Shown: piece by piece, positions 1-9,765 of the stretch
Position numbering within the stretch: the stretch's first letter is position 1
Layout of the letters: every line of letters starts with the position of its first letter
Virus record (IMG/VR): IMGVR_UViG_3300013800_000006
Coordinates: 1-64,000 of that record
Reading direction: 5' to 3' (one strand)
DNA from: a virus
Taxonomy: Duplodnaviria > Caudoviricetes
DNA length: 64,000 nt
Notes under the pieces: generated by a model
What the model was told of the DNA's origin: nothing
What the model saw: the letters and a program-made list of their open reading frames with translations, nothing else
Database searches by the model: none
Translations under genes and position numbers: made by a program

Positions 1-1800
1 AACACTACGACAAATATAAAATAAACTAATAGAAAATTTAATATTTTGTAATGTTGAATCTAATTTACCATATTTTAATCTCATTTCCAATAAAAGAAGT
101 GGGTTGATAGGCTGTAAAGTTGAAATAATTAATCCATAACACGGACTGGGGACTATGGGTGTATGTAAACTAAAAGTTCCAATTAAATAATTAGGTAAAA
201 TGGCTTGTATCTTACCTGATGTAGAAATTCGGCCATACGAAAACCATCTCGTATTCGCAAGCAAAATGGCTGGAATAGTAACAGTGATATGAACAATAGT
301 AAGCATCTTTATAGCAAGTTTAGTCTCATTTGTTACAATGGCTAATTTACCAACACTAATACTTGCCTTAAAAAATACTAAAGGAAATTGATCTAAAGTA
401 GCTTTTAATTTTCCATAAATTAAAGTTCTAGCAATAATACTCCCCATACTAAACACTGGAGATAATTTAAAATTAACGACGGCTTTGATTGTAATAGGAA
501 CAATCAAAAAGATTTGACTATAAACAGCAATATTATCTACTAAACTTCCAAAAGATTTCCATTTCCCACCAATTAAAATTAAGCCTTTTGCACCACAACT
601 GACATTATCTGGCATCCAATTGACGTTATCAGCCTTAAACCATTTCCAATTTTTAATTTTAATGTTAGAAAATAATGCATCTAAATTGCAAACAAATTCT
701 CCATAAATTGAAGAAGGTACACGAATATACAATTTAGTCGTGATTGTGTTGGTAGTCCCCACAATACGCAGTTGAACATGCCCTACTCCAATTATAGAAC
801 TAATAGGAGATGCTAATATAGGAGTAAAATAGATTACAACAGGTGGACCTGTTTTCGCGTATATATTACCTGTTGTCGGTTGTAAATATTTGTTAATAAT
901 AGCAGGATAAGTGACTGCTAAAGTATGCGTACTTTTGGGCCAATCAGTAATTAACCCTAAAGTAACATTAATTCTAATTAAGAGTTTAGTGTATAAAATA
1001 ATACTCTCAGTAAATGCTTTCCATGTAATAAATATAGGAAGTGGAACAATGCCAACTCCTGAAAATGTAGTGAAAGATGGCAATGTAGCTTGGATAACAC
1101 CTCGTACATGAGTTCTTATATAAATATTTGTAATGATAGATTCAGTGCGCCATCCAATAAGAAATCTTGAGTTACTTCCTACAAAATGTCCCGTAACATA
1201 ATCAAAATTTACAGATAAACCACCTGTATTGGTAATACCACCTTCTATTTTAGGAATAATATCAAAAGTTGTTAAACTTCCATAACCTTCAATATTAATT
1301 GGAATAACGGCTGAAATATTAGTTAATATAGTAGGTGTAGTACCACTTAATACAAAACGAACTAGTGTTTTGCCTAAAAAATTACAATTTTGTATAGTAG
1401 TTAATGAGTTTATTTGCAATCTACCCCCTAAACCTGCATATCCAGTAAATACTTTACTTAAACTATCTAATGTTTTATTTAATACCATTAAAGTTAATTG
1501 AGGGATTGCTGCTTTAAATTGCCCAGTCACAATCAAATTTTTTAAAGGGATATAGCCAACGGTCTGTACTACAATTTTAATTTGTGAGGTTAGATCTACA
1601 ACATTAATAAACGTACCACTAATAAGTACACGACCTCTAATAATTGAGGAGATTGGAAAATGAGTGACTCCAGATAAAATAAATTGACGAGGTGTAGATG
1701 TCCAATTATTTTGATTAATTGCAATGTGAACGGTTTGCCATAATATTCCATCATCAGAACATTGTAATTTCCAATTACTAGGTGATGAGTTTCCAGCCAT
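1..1800 (-). CDS. Large Ile/Thr/Val-rich putative tail fibre/tail-associated protein, 3'-truncated by the window edge (>=600 aa); not in the ORF track
   Basis: Manual translation from ATG at 1800 (MAGNSSPSNWKLQCSDDGILWQTV...) is open for 600 codons to position 1; it starts with the C-terminal half of a discoidin/F5-8C-like motif and lies at the end of the tail operon. Confidence 0.75.
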   Translation of the reverse strand, partial: MAGNSSPSNWKLQCSDDGILWQTVHIAINQNNWTSTPRQFILSGVTHFPISSIIRGRVLISGTFINVVDLTSQIKIVVQTVGYIPLKNLIVTGQFKAAIPQLTLMVLNKTLDSLSKVFTGYAGLGGRLQINSLTTIQNCNFLGKTLVRFVLSGTTPTILTNISAVIPINIEGYGSLTTFDIIPKIEGGITNTGGLSVNFDYVTGHFVGSNSRFLIGWRTESIITNIYIRTHVRGVIQATLPSFTTFSGVGIVPLPIFITWKAFTESIILYTKLLIRINVTLGLITDWPKSTHTLAVTYPAIINKYLQPTTGNIYAKTGPPVVIYFTPILASPISSIIGVGHVQLRIVGTTNTITTKLYIRVPSSIYGEFVCNLDALFSNIKIKNWKWFKADNVNWMPDNVSCGAKGLILIGGKWKSFGSLVDNIAVYSQIFLIVPITIKAVVNFKLSPVFSMGSIIARTLIYGKLKATLDQFPLVFFKASISVGKLAIVTNETKLAIKMLTIVHITVTIPAILLANTRWFSYGRISTSGKIQAILPNYLIGTFSLHTPIVPSPCYGLIISTLQPINPLLLLEMRLKYGKLDSTLQNIKFSISLFYICRSV

Positions 1801-1802
1801 AA

Positions 1803-3593
1803 TCAACCTTCCATTGTATAAGCACGAATTTCGGTATCAGATGGTAACGTGTAGGTCCATAGCATACCATCTGAATCGGAATATTCACTATTTGAAGCTG
1901 AAAAATTCTCAGAAGCCGCCACTCCATCCAGTATATCTATTAATTCTCCCGAATCTGTTAATTTTAATAATCCTATTTTTTTAAATGTTGTCACCGATTG
2001 ATTTCCATTGTTTGCGAATATCTGTAACTTCCAATACTTCCCACTACGATACGGATATAATTCACCTACATTTGCGTCATAAAAATAGTTAAATTTCCAA
2101 GTAGGTCCATTAAAAGTTTTTATATCTATAGACAATAATACAGCACTTATTTGAAAACGGAAACCACTAATCAAAGAAGCTAACAACGCATTAAACACAG
2201 GTCTGTAATGCCCACGGCCAGTAATGTACATTTGCACAGTTAGTAAAGTTTTAACAAAATTACCCGAAATAGCTATAGGTACTTTTATATTAAAAATTCC
2301 AGTAAAATCAGCAGTCGTGGCTAAGATAGCAACGCCAATTAAAACTCGGATACGTATTAATGGAATTATAGATAATGTGGAAGCAACAATGTCACCACCA
2401 ATAGCCACTTTAAGACGGATAAGAGTTTTAGTAAAAGCAACTACTAAATCCATAGTGACAAAAATACGTATAGGCGTTTTTAAACTAATAGCAACTGTAG
2501 TATCAGATAAACTTCTATTAAATTGACCATGATTACTAATCTTAGCATAAAATAATGCAGTGTTCGTTAATCTAGATGATATTACACCTTCACGAGGCAT
2601 CTCATGTTTCAAATGCCAATCTAATACAATAGACTTAATAGGCCAAGTATTTGTAGAAAAAATTAATACCCAACCACGTAATGTACTAGATACTGAAACT
2701 AACGTAGATACAAATGTGACATAAATTCTAATGGGTACTTTTAATACAAGATTTGTCGTACAATTTGTTAAAGTTTTAGATAAATTTCCGGCTGGGACAA
2801 CAAAAACAGATATATTAGGAATTAAATTCCAAACATGTATATCAAGAGTTGCCTGAATTGGAATAGGTAATACACCTACTATAGAAACAGTACTATTTGC
2901 AGTTGTAGTAACAATATGTCCTGTAGGATAAACTTTACCCAGCCAGTTGGTTGCAATAATTGGCCGAGTAGTAGATGTAAAAGTAACATAAATCCAAATA
3001 GGTGTTCGTAATGTAATAACTGTAGTACAAGATAACAAAATTGGATTGAATGTTCCAATTAAAACACTACCACCATGAATATTTGCTGCAAGATTAATAA
3101 ATTGAGAAGAAAAACTACCTGTATAATAATAAAAATAAGTAGGAAATACAGTCGTAAAATTAGCAAGAGATAAATTTAAAGTAACATTAAATTGTAAAAA
3201 TAAAGCAGAAATAGTACTTGTAAAATTGGATAATGTTGCAGTTAAAGTGCCCGAAAAATAATAAAATTTCGCTGTAAAAACAGATGTGCAATTAGATAAA
3301 ATACGACTAAGATTAGCAGAACGAGGAGGGATATAATTAAGAGTTATTGTTGTAGAAAAAACATTGGTAATAAAATAGATAATACCAGTATGGGGCGGAA
3401 TAAAGTTGCCTGTAAAAATACCGGTTGTAATGTTAAATGTAGGTGTAAAATCAACATTGATATTAAGTGTATCAGAAAAATATCCAGTAACATTACTTAA
3501 AGATGATTTAAAGAATGAATCAGGATCAAATCTAATTTGCGTAGAATACGCAAAAGATCTTACAAAGACAATGACTCCACTATAAGTTGTCAT
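1803..3593 (-). CDS. Putative tail fibre/tail-associated beta-rich repeat protein (596 aa)
   Basis: ORF track; degenerate repeats such as LRTPIWIYVTF, LKVPIRIYVTF and LKTPIRIFVTM; C-terminal YWKLQIFANNG motif; tail operon context. Confidence 0.6.
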   Translation of the reverse strand: MTTYSGVIVFVRSFAYSTQIRFDPDSFFKSSLSNVTGYFSDTLNINVDFTPTFNITTGIFTGNFIPPHTGIIYFITNVFSTTITLNYIPPRSANLSRILSNCTSVFTAKFYYFSGTLTATLSNFTSTISALFLQFNVTLNLSLANFTTVFPTYFYYYTGSFSSQFINLAANIHGGSVLIGTFNPILLSCTTVITLRTPIWIYVTFTSTTRPIIATNWLGKVYPTGHIVTTTANSTVSIVGVLPIPIQATLDIHVWNLIPNISVFVVPAGNLSKTLTNCTTNLVLKVPIRIYVTFVSTLVSVSSTLRGWVLIFSTNTWPIKSIVLDWHLKHEMPREGVISSRLTNTALFYAKISNHGQFNRSLSDTTVAISLKTPIRIFVTMDLVVAFTKTLIRLKVAIGGDIVASTLSIIPLIRIRVLIGVAILATTADFTGIFNIKVPIAISGNFVKTLLTVQMYITGRGHYRPVFNALLASLISGFRFQISAVLLSIDIKTFNGPTWKFNYFYDANVGELYPYRSGKYWKLQIFANNGNQSVTTFKKIGLLKLTDSGELIDILDGVAASENFSASNSEYSDSDGMLWTYTLPSDTEIRAYTMEG

Positions 3594-3937
3594 TAACTAT
3601 CAAGTGGAACTGGGTGAGATACTGGATCAAAAAGTTGCAAATAATCATCGGACCAAACAAAATATGATTGTTCTTTTAATCTAGTAAATGTATAAACACC
3701 AGTAACAGGATCACTCCATGTTACCGCCATAAGTCTAAAATCTTTAGCTGTGAATAAACATACTCGTCTTGATGCTGGTATATTATTATATAACACATAA
3801 CCAGTAATAGAAAATACACCACCATCATAATAGTTTAAACCAGATTTTATGTTATCATCTACTAATGAACCAATAGCAACACCTGCAAACCCAGCAGGAG
3901 CAAATGTAAGACGATCATCAAGCAAACTTGTAGCCAT
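3593..3937 (-). CDS. Tail fibre-associated protein with carboxypeptidase-regulatory-like (prealbumin-like) domain
   Basis: ITGYV...PASRRVCLF...AVTWSDPVTGVYTF pattern typical of small phage tail accessory proteins; coupled to neighbours. Confidence 0.55.
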   Translation of the reverse strand: MATSLLDDRLTFAPAGFAGVAIGSLVDDNIKSGLNYYDGGVFSITGYVLYNNIPASRRVCLFTAKDFRLMAVTWSDPVTGVYTFTRLKEQSYFVWSDDYLQLFDPVSHPVPLDS

Positions 3938-3938
3938 C

Positions 3939-5054
3939 TTACCAGTCTCCTGTAATATCTAAAAAGCAAGTTCCAGGTTGGTTAGTAATGCAAGCAACTT
4001 TTATTGCCATATAAGTTTTATTATCAATTACAACCGATCTATCATTACTTGAAAGCGCGTAACCCGTCGCTTCAAGCGGAGCATATAACCCTGGCATTCT
4101 TCCTCTATAAACAGGACCGGTTGGTTCACCTATTTCAACCGGAAACAAATGAATACCATTGTCTGCTTGATTCGGATAAGCAGAGTTACCATATCCAAAT
4201 TGAAAAGACGGCGTTGCTAATTTGAAAAAGTTTATTCCACCTACCGCACCAGTTGAAGCTCTTGCGAGATATTGCCCTATGTAGTAAGTTGAAGATGTGT
4301 TAAAAGTAAGATAAGAAAAACTTTGATTAGAAGACTGTGTAGTCGGGCTTGAAATTGAATAACCAATAAGCATTGACGCATAACTATCATTTGCTTTTAC
4401 GCTGTTAATGTCTCCAAACGCATATCCCGCGTGAAGTGTTGAATAAGAGCTATGCCAAGCGGAAAATAGATAGAATGTTTTGTTGTTTCCAATCAGATAC
4501 CATTCTCTTGTTGCCGTGGAACTTGCATCTGATTTCTTCCAATAAACTGTGGCAATAAGGTTAGTTCCAGCATCTACAGTGGTCATCGATTCATATGCTG
4601 AAACTGTAGCATATTGCGCCTGAGTATCATCAATTCTGAGATAAAACTGGGTTCCAGCAGGAGCACGATAGACACTTTTATTGGTTCCTGTATATACTCT
4701 AGTCCATCCAAGCGGTGCTATCTTACAAGTGATCGTTCCGGTCGCTGAACCATCTGCTGTAGTTAAATCAATAGTAAATGTTGTAGAGGATGTGATTGCC
4801 TTTATTCTAAATTCGTTATTAAATATGCTTTCGTTTGCTCCAGAAATAACGATAATATCAGTAGCCGTTAGATTATGAGTAGTAGATGTTGTAATCGTTG
4901 CAACATTAGACAAAACTGAAATAGAACTGACAGTTTTTGAATTATATCCAGTCACTAAGCAAGCATACAAAATACTATCCAAATAACCGATTGTGCCTGC
5001 CATCGGACTTGCTGAGGCTTGCTGGTAGTTGAAATTTTTTATTGACACTGCCAT
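3939..5054 (-). CDS. Tail fibre/tail-tip protein, paralogue B (371 aa)
   Basis: LDSILYACLVTGY...GWTRVYTGTNKSVYR...FYLRIDD motif seen in phage tail proteins; paralogous to 5059..6189. Confidence 0.6.
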   Translation of the reverse strand: MAVSIKNFNYQQASASPMAGTIGYLDSILYACLVTGYNSKTVSSISVLSNVATITTSTTHNLTATDIIVISGANESIFNNEFRIKAITSSTTFTIDLTTADGSATGTITCKIAPLGWTRVYTGTNKSVYRAPAGTQFYLRIDDTQAQYATVSAYESMTTVDAGTNLIATVYWKKSDASSTATREWYLIGNNKTFYLFSAWHSSYSTLHAGYAFGDINSVKANDSYASMLIGYSISSPTTQSSNQSFSYLTFNTSSTYYIGQYLARASTGAVGGINFFKLATPSFQFGYGNSAYPNQADNGIHLFPVEIGEPTGPVYRGRMPGLYAPLEATGYALSSNDRSVVIDNKTYMAIKVACITNQPGTCFLDITGDW

Positions 5055-5058
5055 TGTT

Positions 5059-6189
5059 TTAACTCCAGTCCGATTGATCTAGGGAAAACCAGAAATTACC
5101 TAACTGATTTATTCCGGCTGATGATCCACTCCTAAAAGCAATATAAGTTTTTCCATCTACAACAATACTACGATCTTTAGATACATAAGCACCATTTGTA
5201 AACTCCATAGGTGAAAATAATCCAGGCATTTTTCCACGCCAAGCATTTACACTGTCATCAGATATACAAATAGACGCTAAATGGACAGCATTATCGGTTG
5301 GTGATGGAAAAGGTCGTACTGATGATGTCCCGAAACCCATTGTTGCTTGTCTTGAAATACAATAAAGCGAAAAAGGAACACTTCCACCAACCCAAGATGT
5401 TGAACGTGCTAATGTCATTCCAGTATTAACGCCTGTTGTGCTTAACATACCTGTGTTTGCTATAGAATTGATTGGATCAGTAGCAGAATGTCCACCCAAA
5501 GCACAACCCCACGGATCATTTGAACGAAATGGTTTAATATCACCAAAAAAATACAAAGCTAACCCAAGTGGAAAAGAAACATTTGTTTCTATCATTAAAT
5601 AAAAACATTTTGAAGTACCGACAATAAACCATTGATGAGTTACTGTATTTGCAACTGTACTTTTACACCAATAAGTATCGGGGCTCTTTCCTGTTCCAAC
5701 ATCAACAGTTGTCATTACTTCATACATATTAACCAATGCGGTTTTTGTAGGCGTATCATCTACTCTTAAATAAAGTTTAGATCCAGTTATATCAGATGGT
5801 CTATACACACTTTTATTAGTTATAGTAAACTCTCGTGACCAATTTAAAGGGGCTATTTTACAAGATAGTGAACCAGTAGCAGGAGTTGTTGTCGTAGTAA
5901 TCGCAAATGTAAAACTGGTAGATGTAGGAACAGAATCAATTGTAAACTCATCATTAAAAACAGATTCATTAGCACCTGAGATTAGAATTGTATCGTAAAC
6001 TTGATAACCATGAGGTGCTGAAGTAGCAACGGTAGCAACATTAGACGCAACTGTTATCGAACTAATTGCTTGAGTGTTAAAACCTGTAACCAAAGCCGCA
6101 TACAAAATTGCATCTAATTTACCTACCTCTCCTGTAAGTTGCGGCGCGTTGGTTTGATCGTAACTGATAACTTTAATCGGAACACCCAT
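5059..6189 (-). CDS. Tail fibre/tail-tip protein, paralogue A (376 aa)
   Basis: LDAILYAALVTGF...NWSREFTITNKSVYR...LYLRVDD; collinear with 3939..5054 over the whole length. Confidence 0.6.
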   Translation of the reverse strand: MGVPIKVISYDQTNAPQLTGEVGKLDAILYAALVTGFNTQAISSITVASNVATVATSAPHGYQVYDTILISGANESVFNDEFTIDSVPTSTSFTFAITTTTTPATGSLSCKIAPLNWSREFTITNKSVYRPSDITGSKLYLRVDDTPTKTALVNMYEVMTTVDVGTGKSPDTYWCKSTVANTVTHQWFIVGTSKCFYLMIETNVSFPLGLALYFFGDIKPFRSNDPWGCALGGHSATDPINSIANTGMLSTTGVNTGMTLARSTSWVGGSVPFSLYCISRQATMGFGTSSVRPFPSPTDNAVHLASICISDDSVNAWRGKMPGLFSPMEFTNGAYVSKDRSIVVDGKTYIAFRSGSSAGINQLGNFWFSLDQSDWS

Positions 6190-6198
6190 AATAACACC

Positions 6199-6432
6199 TT
6201 ATACAATAATATGCGGAATAGTAGATTCATCCGGCAACTTCGCAATAATGACAGTCCCCGATACCGCAACCCGATCACCCGGTTTTAATAAAGTCTGTGT
6301 TGCCATTGTACATTTTAAGCCTCCAGATTTTGTAGCAACTAATACTTGATTAGGCGATAAAATAGAACTAACTGTTCCTGCTGTAGAAGATTGTTTGGTT
6401 AAAACAGACATCAACTCTAATAATGGGTTCAT
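6199..6432 (-). CDS. Small tail-tip protein (77 aa)
   Basis: ORF track; ATGA overlap with upstream gene; tail operon context. Confidence 0.55.
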   Translation of the reverse strand: MNPLLELMSVLTKQSSTAGTVSSILSPNQVLVATKSGGLKCTMATQTLLKPGDRVAVSGTVIIAKLPDESTIPHIIV

Positions 6433-6779
6433 ATTGATACACTAAAAAATTGAGTAGGCATCATTAATTTCAATTTGGTTAGTAATGTCACACTTTCAGT
6501 ATCTTCTTGTCGGCTGCATGTGTGTTCTACCGATACAATTTTACCATATATCATCTGAGCCGCTAATGTGTCAAATAGTCTTACTAATAAACCACACCGC
6601 AATCCAGGTTGATAGATAATAATGTACTCAACCGCTTGTAGCCCAGTACCATTTTCATCAAGAACTGCGGCACCACGAGTTGCCGCAGCTTCCATACTAG
6701 AACCTAATAAAGGTTCTGTAATATCTTCATATTTGTATGGACCACAAGGATCTCGACGAACAATCACATCCAAAGGCAT
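6429..6779 (-). CDS. Tail-tip region protein (116 aa)
   Basis: ORF track; operon context. Confidence 0.55.
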   Translation of the reverse strand: MPLDVIVRRDPCGPYKYEDITEPLLGSSMEAAATRGAAVLDENGTGLQAVEYIIIYQPGLRCGLLVRLFDTLAAQMIYGKIVSVEHTCSRQEDTESVTLLTKLKLMMPTQFFSVSI

Positions 6780-6783
6780 GAGA

Positions 6784-7329
6784 TTATACCACAGTTGGAT
6801 CGTAAGTACCCACCACTAAAGTCGCAATTTCATATTCAGTATAACCCAAAGGTGCATGAACCAATTTGAAAGGATCAGCCATAGATGTATATTTCACTTT
6901 CAAAATAGCAGCCGCATACGTCACACTAGTAGGTAATTTGACTGAAACTGTTTGATTATTGAATTTAGGCGTTCCAAATGGTGAATTACCTACCCATTCA
7001 TAACTCACAATCGCATGAACAGGATATTTGAGAGTTTGTTCTAATTGATCTGGACCATAAAACGTAACCGATTCTTCTTTAGTAATTGGAATTTTGGCAC
7101 CTAAAGATACATGACTACCATACGAATGGTACTGATCATCTATCGTTACTCCCGTCCCAAGAAAGATTAAATAAGCGACTGCATCGCCTGGTGCAAACGA
7201 TGTTTTTGTATTTAATCCACCATCTGCAACTTCCCGCTCATCAACCTCAGCAATTAAAATCCCATCGCTGGAACTAGAACTAAATGTAACTGTAAAGCTT
7301 GTAGTAATCTTTTTTGTAGCCATGATCAA
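6784..7329 (-). CDS. Tail-tip region protein (181 aa)
   Basis: ORF track; ATGA overlap with 7326..8378. Confidence 0.55.
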   Translation of the reverse strand: MIMATKKITTSFTVTFSSSSSDGILIAEVDEREVADGGLNTKTSFAPGDAVAYLIFLGTGVTIDDQYHSYGSHVSLGAKIPITKEESVTFYGPDQLEQTLKYPVHAIVSYEWVGNSPFGTPKFNNQTVSVKLPTSVTYAAAILKVKYTSMADPFKLVHAPLGYTEYEIATLVVGTYDPTVV

Positions 7330-8378
7330 TCCTCTTCAACCAGGAATTGTACATCTTGTGCTATATTGCTTTCCACACGATAATCAATAGATTTAGTATG
7401 GTATGTAATATAAGCCAAACCATATTTTGCAGTAGGATGTGTACTATAAACGGTTGTTGTATACGGGTCAAAGTATAACCCCATTAAATCAATAGAATGC
7501 CAACGAATACTAACTATATCTACAATAGGATAACTAGTCGATCCTTTACCTTCAAAAATTTCAATCCGTTCTTCAGTAACTTCTGCTGTTGGATCTGGAA
7601 CTAAACGTTCCACAACTCCAATTAAAGTTAAAACTAGATCAGTAGGTCCAGTATGAATAAGATGCACACCACGCCAAGGAATTGGGTACACCCGTAAAGT
7701 TCCACGTAAATTAGAATCAGTATCCGACTCAAACTCAACTCGATCTGAAATTCCTGATTCATCTACATCCCGTATACGAACCCAATCTACATAACGAGAG
7801 TTTTGGTAAGTAAAACTGACGGTCTCAACATCAACAACTTCATCTAAAATAATATCGGGGGTTGTTTCAGAGTATTTTAATGGGGAAGTGGGAAATTTCT
7901 TTCGTACTAAAAATGAACCGTACGGATATGATTCTAATACGCCTCCAGCAGCTTCAACTATTTGCTTTGCAACTGAAATTACACTTCCATTATCTACTGA
8001 AAGTCTATTAGCTGGGATAGTCCAATTAATAAAATCCCATGTATCTAAAGTCGCACCTAAAAGTCCTACCATAATATCATGGGCTAAAAGATCAGTATCC
8101 CAAACTTGAGTAATGGCTGAAGCTCTGGGTATATCTAATTCCGCACCAATTCCAACACCTTCAACGGTTGCTGAATGCGTTACCGGTCCAGATCGAGTCA
8201 TACTGACGGATGCCACAAGAAACTCAAATAACTCTCCCATTAAATTAATAGTAAATCTATCTTTTGGTTTAAACAAAAATCCATCATGCGGGTCAGCCAA
8301 AGTGATTGTACACCGCCAGAATGGATCACCTTCATCTTGTGTAATAGTAAATTCGGTAAATTCAAATGAAATAGACAT
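7326..8378 (-). CDS. Putative tail hub/baseplate-like protein (350 aa)
   Basis: ORF track; N-terminal two-barrel-like segment followed by SVISVAKQIVEAAGGVL, reminiscent of hub proteins; position after tape measure. Confidence 0.45.
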   Translation of the reverse strand: MSISFEFTEFTITQDEGDPFWRCTITLADPHDGFLFKPKDRFTINLMGELFEFLVASVSMTRSGPVTHSATVEGVGIGAELDIPRASAITQVWDTDLLAHDIMVGLLGATLDTWDFINWTIPANRLSVDNGSVISVAKQIVEAAGGVLESYPYGSFLVRKKFPTSPLKYSETTPDIILDEVVDVETVSFTYQNSRYVDWVRIRDVDESGISDRVEFESDTDSNLRGTLRVYPIPWRGVHLIHTGPTDLVLTLIGVVERLVPDPTAEVTEERIEIFEGKGSTSYPIVDIVSIRWHSIDLMGLYFDPYTTTVYSTHPTAKYGLAYITYHTKSIDYRVESNIAQDVQFLVEED

Positions 8379-9403
8379 TAGAACTTCACCACTGTCAACA
8401 CTGTTAAACCAGTACGATTCTGAATACTAATATTATACATGACATGTAATGGTTTTTTAATTAAGGTATAGTTCAATATAGCTTGATTGCAAATAAAAGA
8501 ATTGCGAACAGTAAAGCCATGTAGACTGGTAAGTGTAATGCTAAATATACACTTGTTCAAATATGTGCTATGGCCGGTAAGTGTCTTAGCAACCCTTGCC
8601 CCATACACAACAGTAGTGGGTATTGCAATTCGGTTCGATACGTCATAAACCCCCAAAATCGGCGATTTTAGCGGCACACTGAAGCCAGCCATGCCCGACA
8701 GCCCCATAGCCACACGCACGCTATAAACGCAGTTTTGGGCCATTGTGAGACGATTTTCAATGGGGTGGACCAGCGTAATGGGATACGCTTGTTTGACCAT
8801 AAAACCCGCTGAACTATTCAATACAGAGTTTACTCGCATTGAATATGGACTCTGTAATGGTACTAAAACTCGATTCTCAATTGCACATAAACTGGTCAGT
8901 GCTTGATATAGTGTTACCGTAAAATAGCTTGAGATGGTCTGACTAATCGCCACTTTCAACGAATATTGACCCGTCCATTCTGCTTTAATCTTTTTATCAA
9001 TGGAATATACCACTTGAGTCGGGTATTTTCGGGACACCAACATGTAAGATGTTATGGAAGTGCTTTGTTTAATGGGTACATCTTGAACACTTATTAATGC
9101 TGATTTTACCGTATTTTGTATAGAATATGGTACAGTTAATGGACTTTTTAACAATTTGAATAGCGTAGATTGTCCATTTAAGCTTGCGGTCACTTTAACA
9201 GATTGAATAACTGTTAAAATGGAGGAAAGCTTAATCTGATATGGAACCGCTATTGGTGACTTAACCATAACCAAATTTGCAGCTTCAAAAGTAAAATCTA
9301 CATGAATGGACTCTGGTTCCACAAATGGAACCAAGAATAGTGGGGCATCAACATAAGTTGATGGGAGTATAGAGTTGGTGTGAATAACATCTATAATCTT
9401 CAC
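8378..9403 (-). CDS. Tail-region protein with degenerate ~11-aa repeats (341 aa)
   Basis: ORF track; recurrent V..P...PYS(I/M) units; contains an embedded GC-rich element at 8641..8752. Confidence 0.55.
   Translation of the reverse strand: MKIIDVIHTNSILPSTYVDAPLFLVPFVEPESIHVDFTFEAANLVMVKSPIAVPYQIKLSSILTVIQSVKVTASLNGQSTLFKLLKSPLTVPYSIQNTVKSALISVQDVPIKQSTSITSYMLVSRKYPTQVVYSIDKKIKAEWTGQYSLKVAISQTISSYFTVTLYQALTSLCAIENRVLVPLQSPYSMRVNSVLNSSAGFMVKQAYPITLVHPIENRLTMAQNCVYSVRVAMGLSGMAGFSVPLKSPILGVYDVSNRIAIPTTVVYGARVAKTLTGHSTYLNKCIFSITLTSLHGFTVRNSFICNQAILNYTLIKKPLHVMYNISIQNRTGLTVLTVVKF
8641..8752 (+). repeat. Dispersed palindromic element, copy inside a CDS
   Basis: Contains AAAATCG-G-CGATTTT (8655..8669); its 21-nt 3' end GTTTTGGGCCATTGTGAGACG (8732..8752) is identical to 55778..55798. 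Confidence 0.75.
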
Positions 9404-9765
9404 GGTAATACTTTGGATGCGCCATCGCTCTCAATCAATGTTGTATATTGATCTACTTTAGTTTTTACAGATTGTGGCAAACGATGAGAATATTCACTAC
9501 CACTCCCAAATGTCTCAGCAACGGGTGCTTCAATAACCGTCATTTGACCAGGATCATACGCTTTTGGCGACCGACTACTATCCATTGCAACAGGAGCAGA
9601 ACATGTGAATGTCATTAAGTTACCACTTTCGTCTGCAAATACAATAGCGTGGACGACTTCAATATCCAAATGAGGTCCAGTATAATCTCCTGGGATTTGA
9701 TTTTGATGGAATAGCCCATCTTCCGTAATACTTACAGTAGATACTTTACGTTTTACTTCCATCAT
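9400..9765 (-). CDS. Hypothetical tail-region protein (121 aa)
   Basis: ORF track; ATGA overlaps on both sides. Confidence 0.55.
   Translation of the reverse strand: MMEVKRKVSTVSITEDGLFHQNQIPGDYTGPHLDIEVVHAIVFADESGNLMTFTCSAPVAMDSSRSPKAYDPGQMTVIEAPVAETFGSGSEYSHRLPQSVKTKVDQYTTLIESDGASKVLP

Noticed and set aside
1-6189. Diversity-generating retroelement acting on tail fibres
   Set aside because: No reverse transcriptase and no near-identical TR/VR pair differing at adenines was found; the paralogues diverge at all positions
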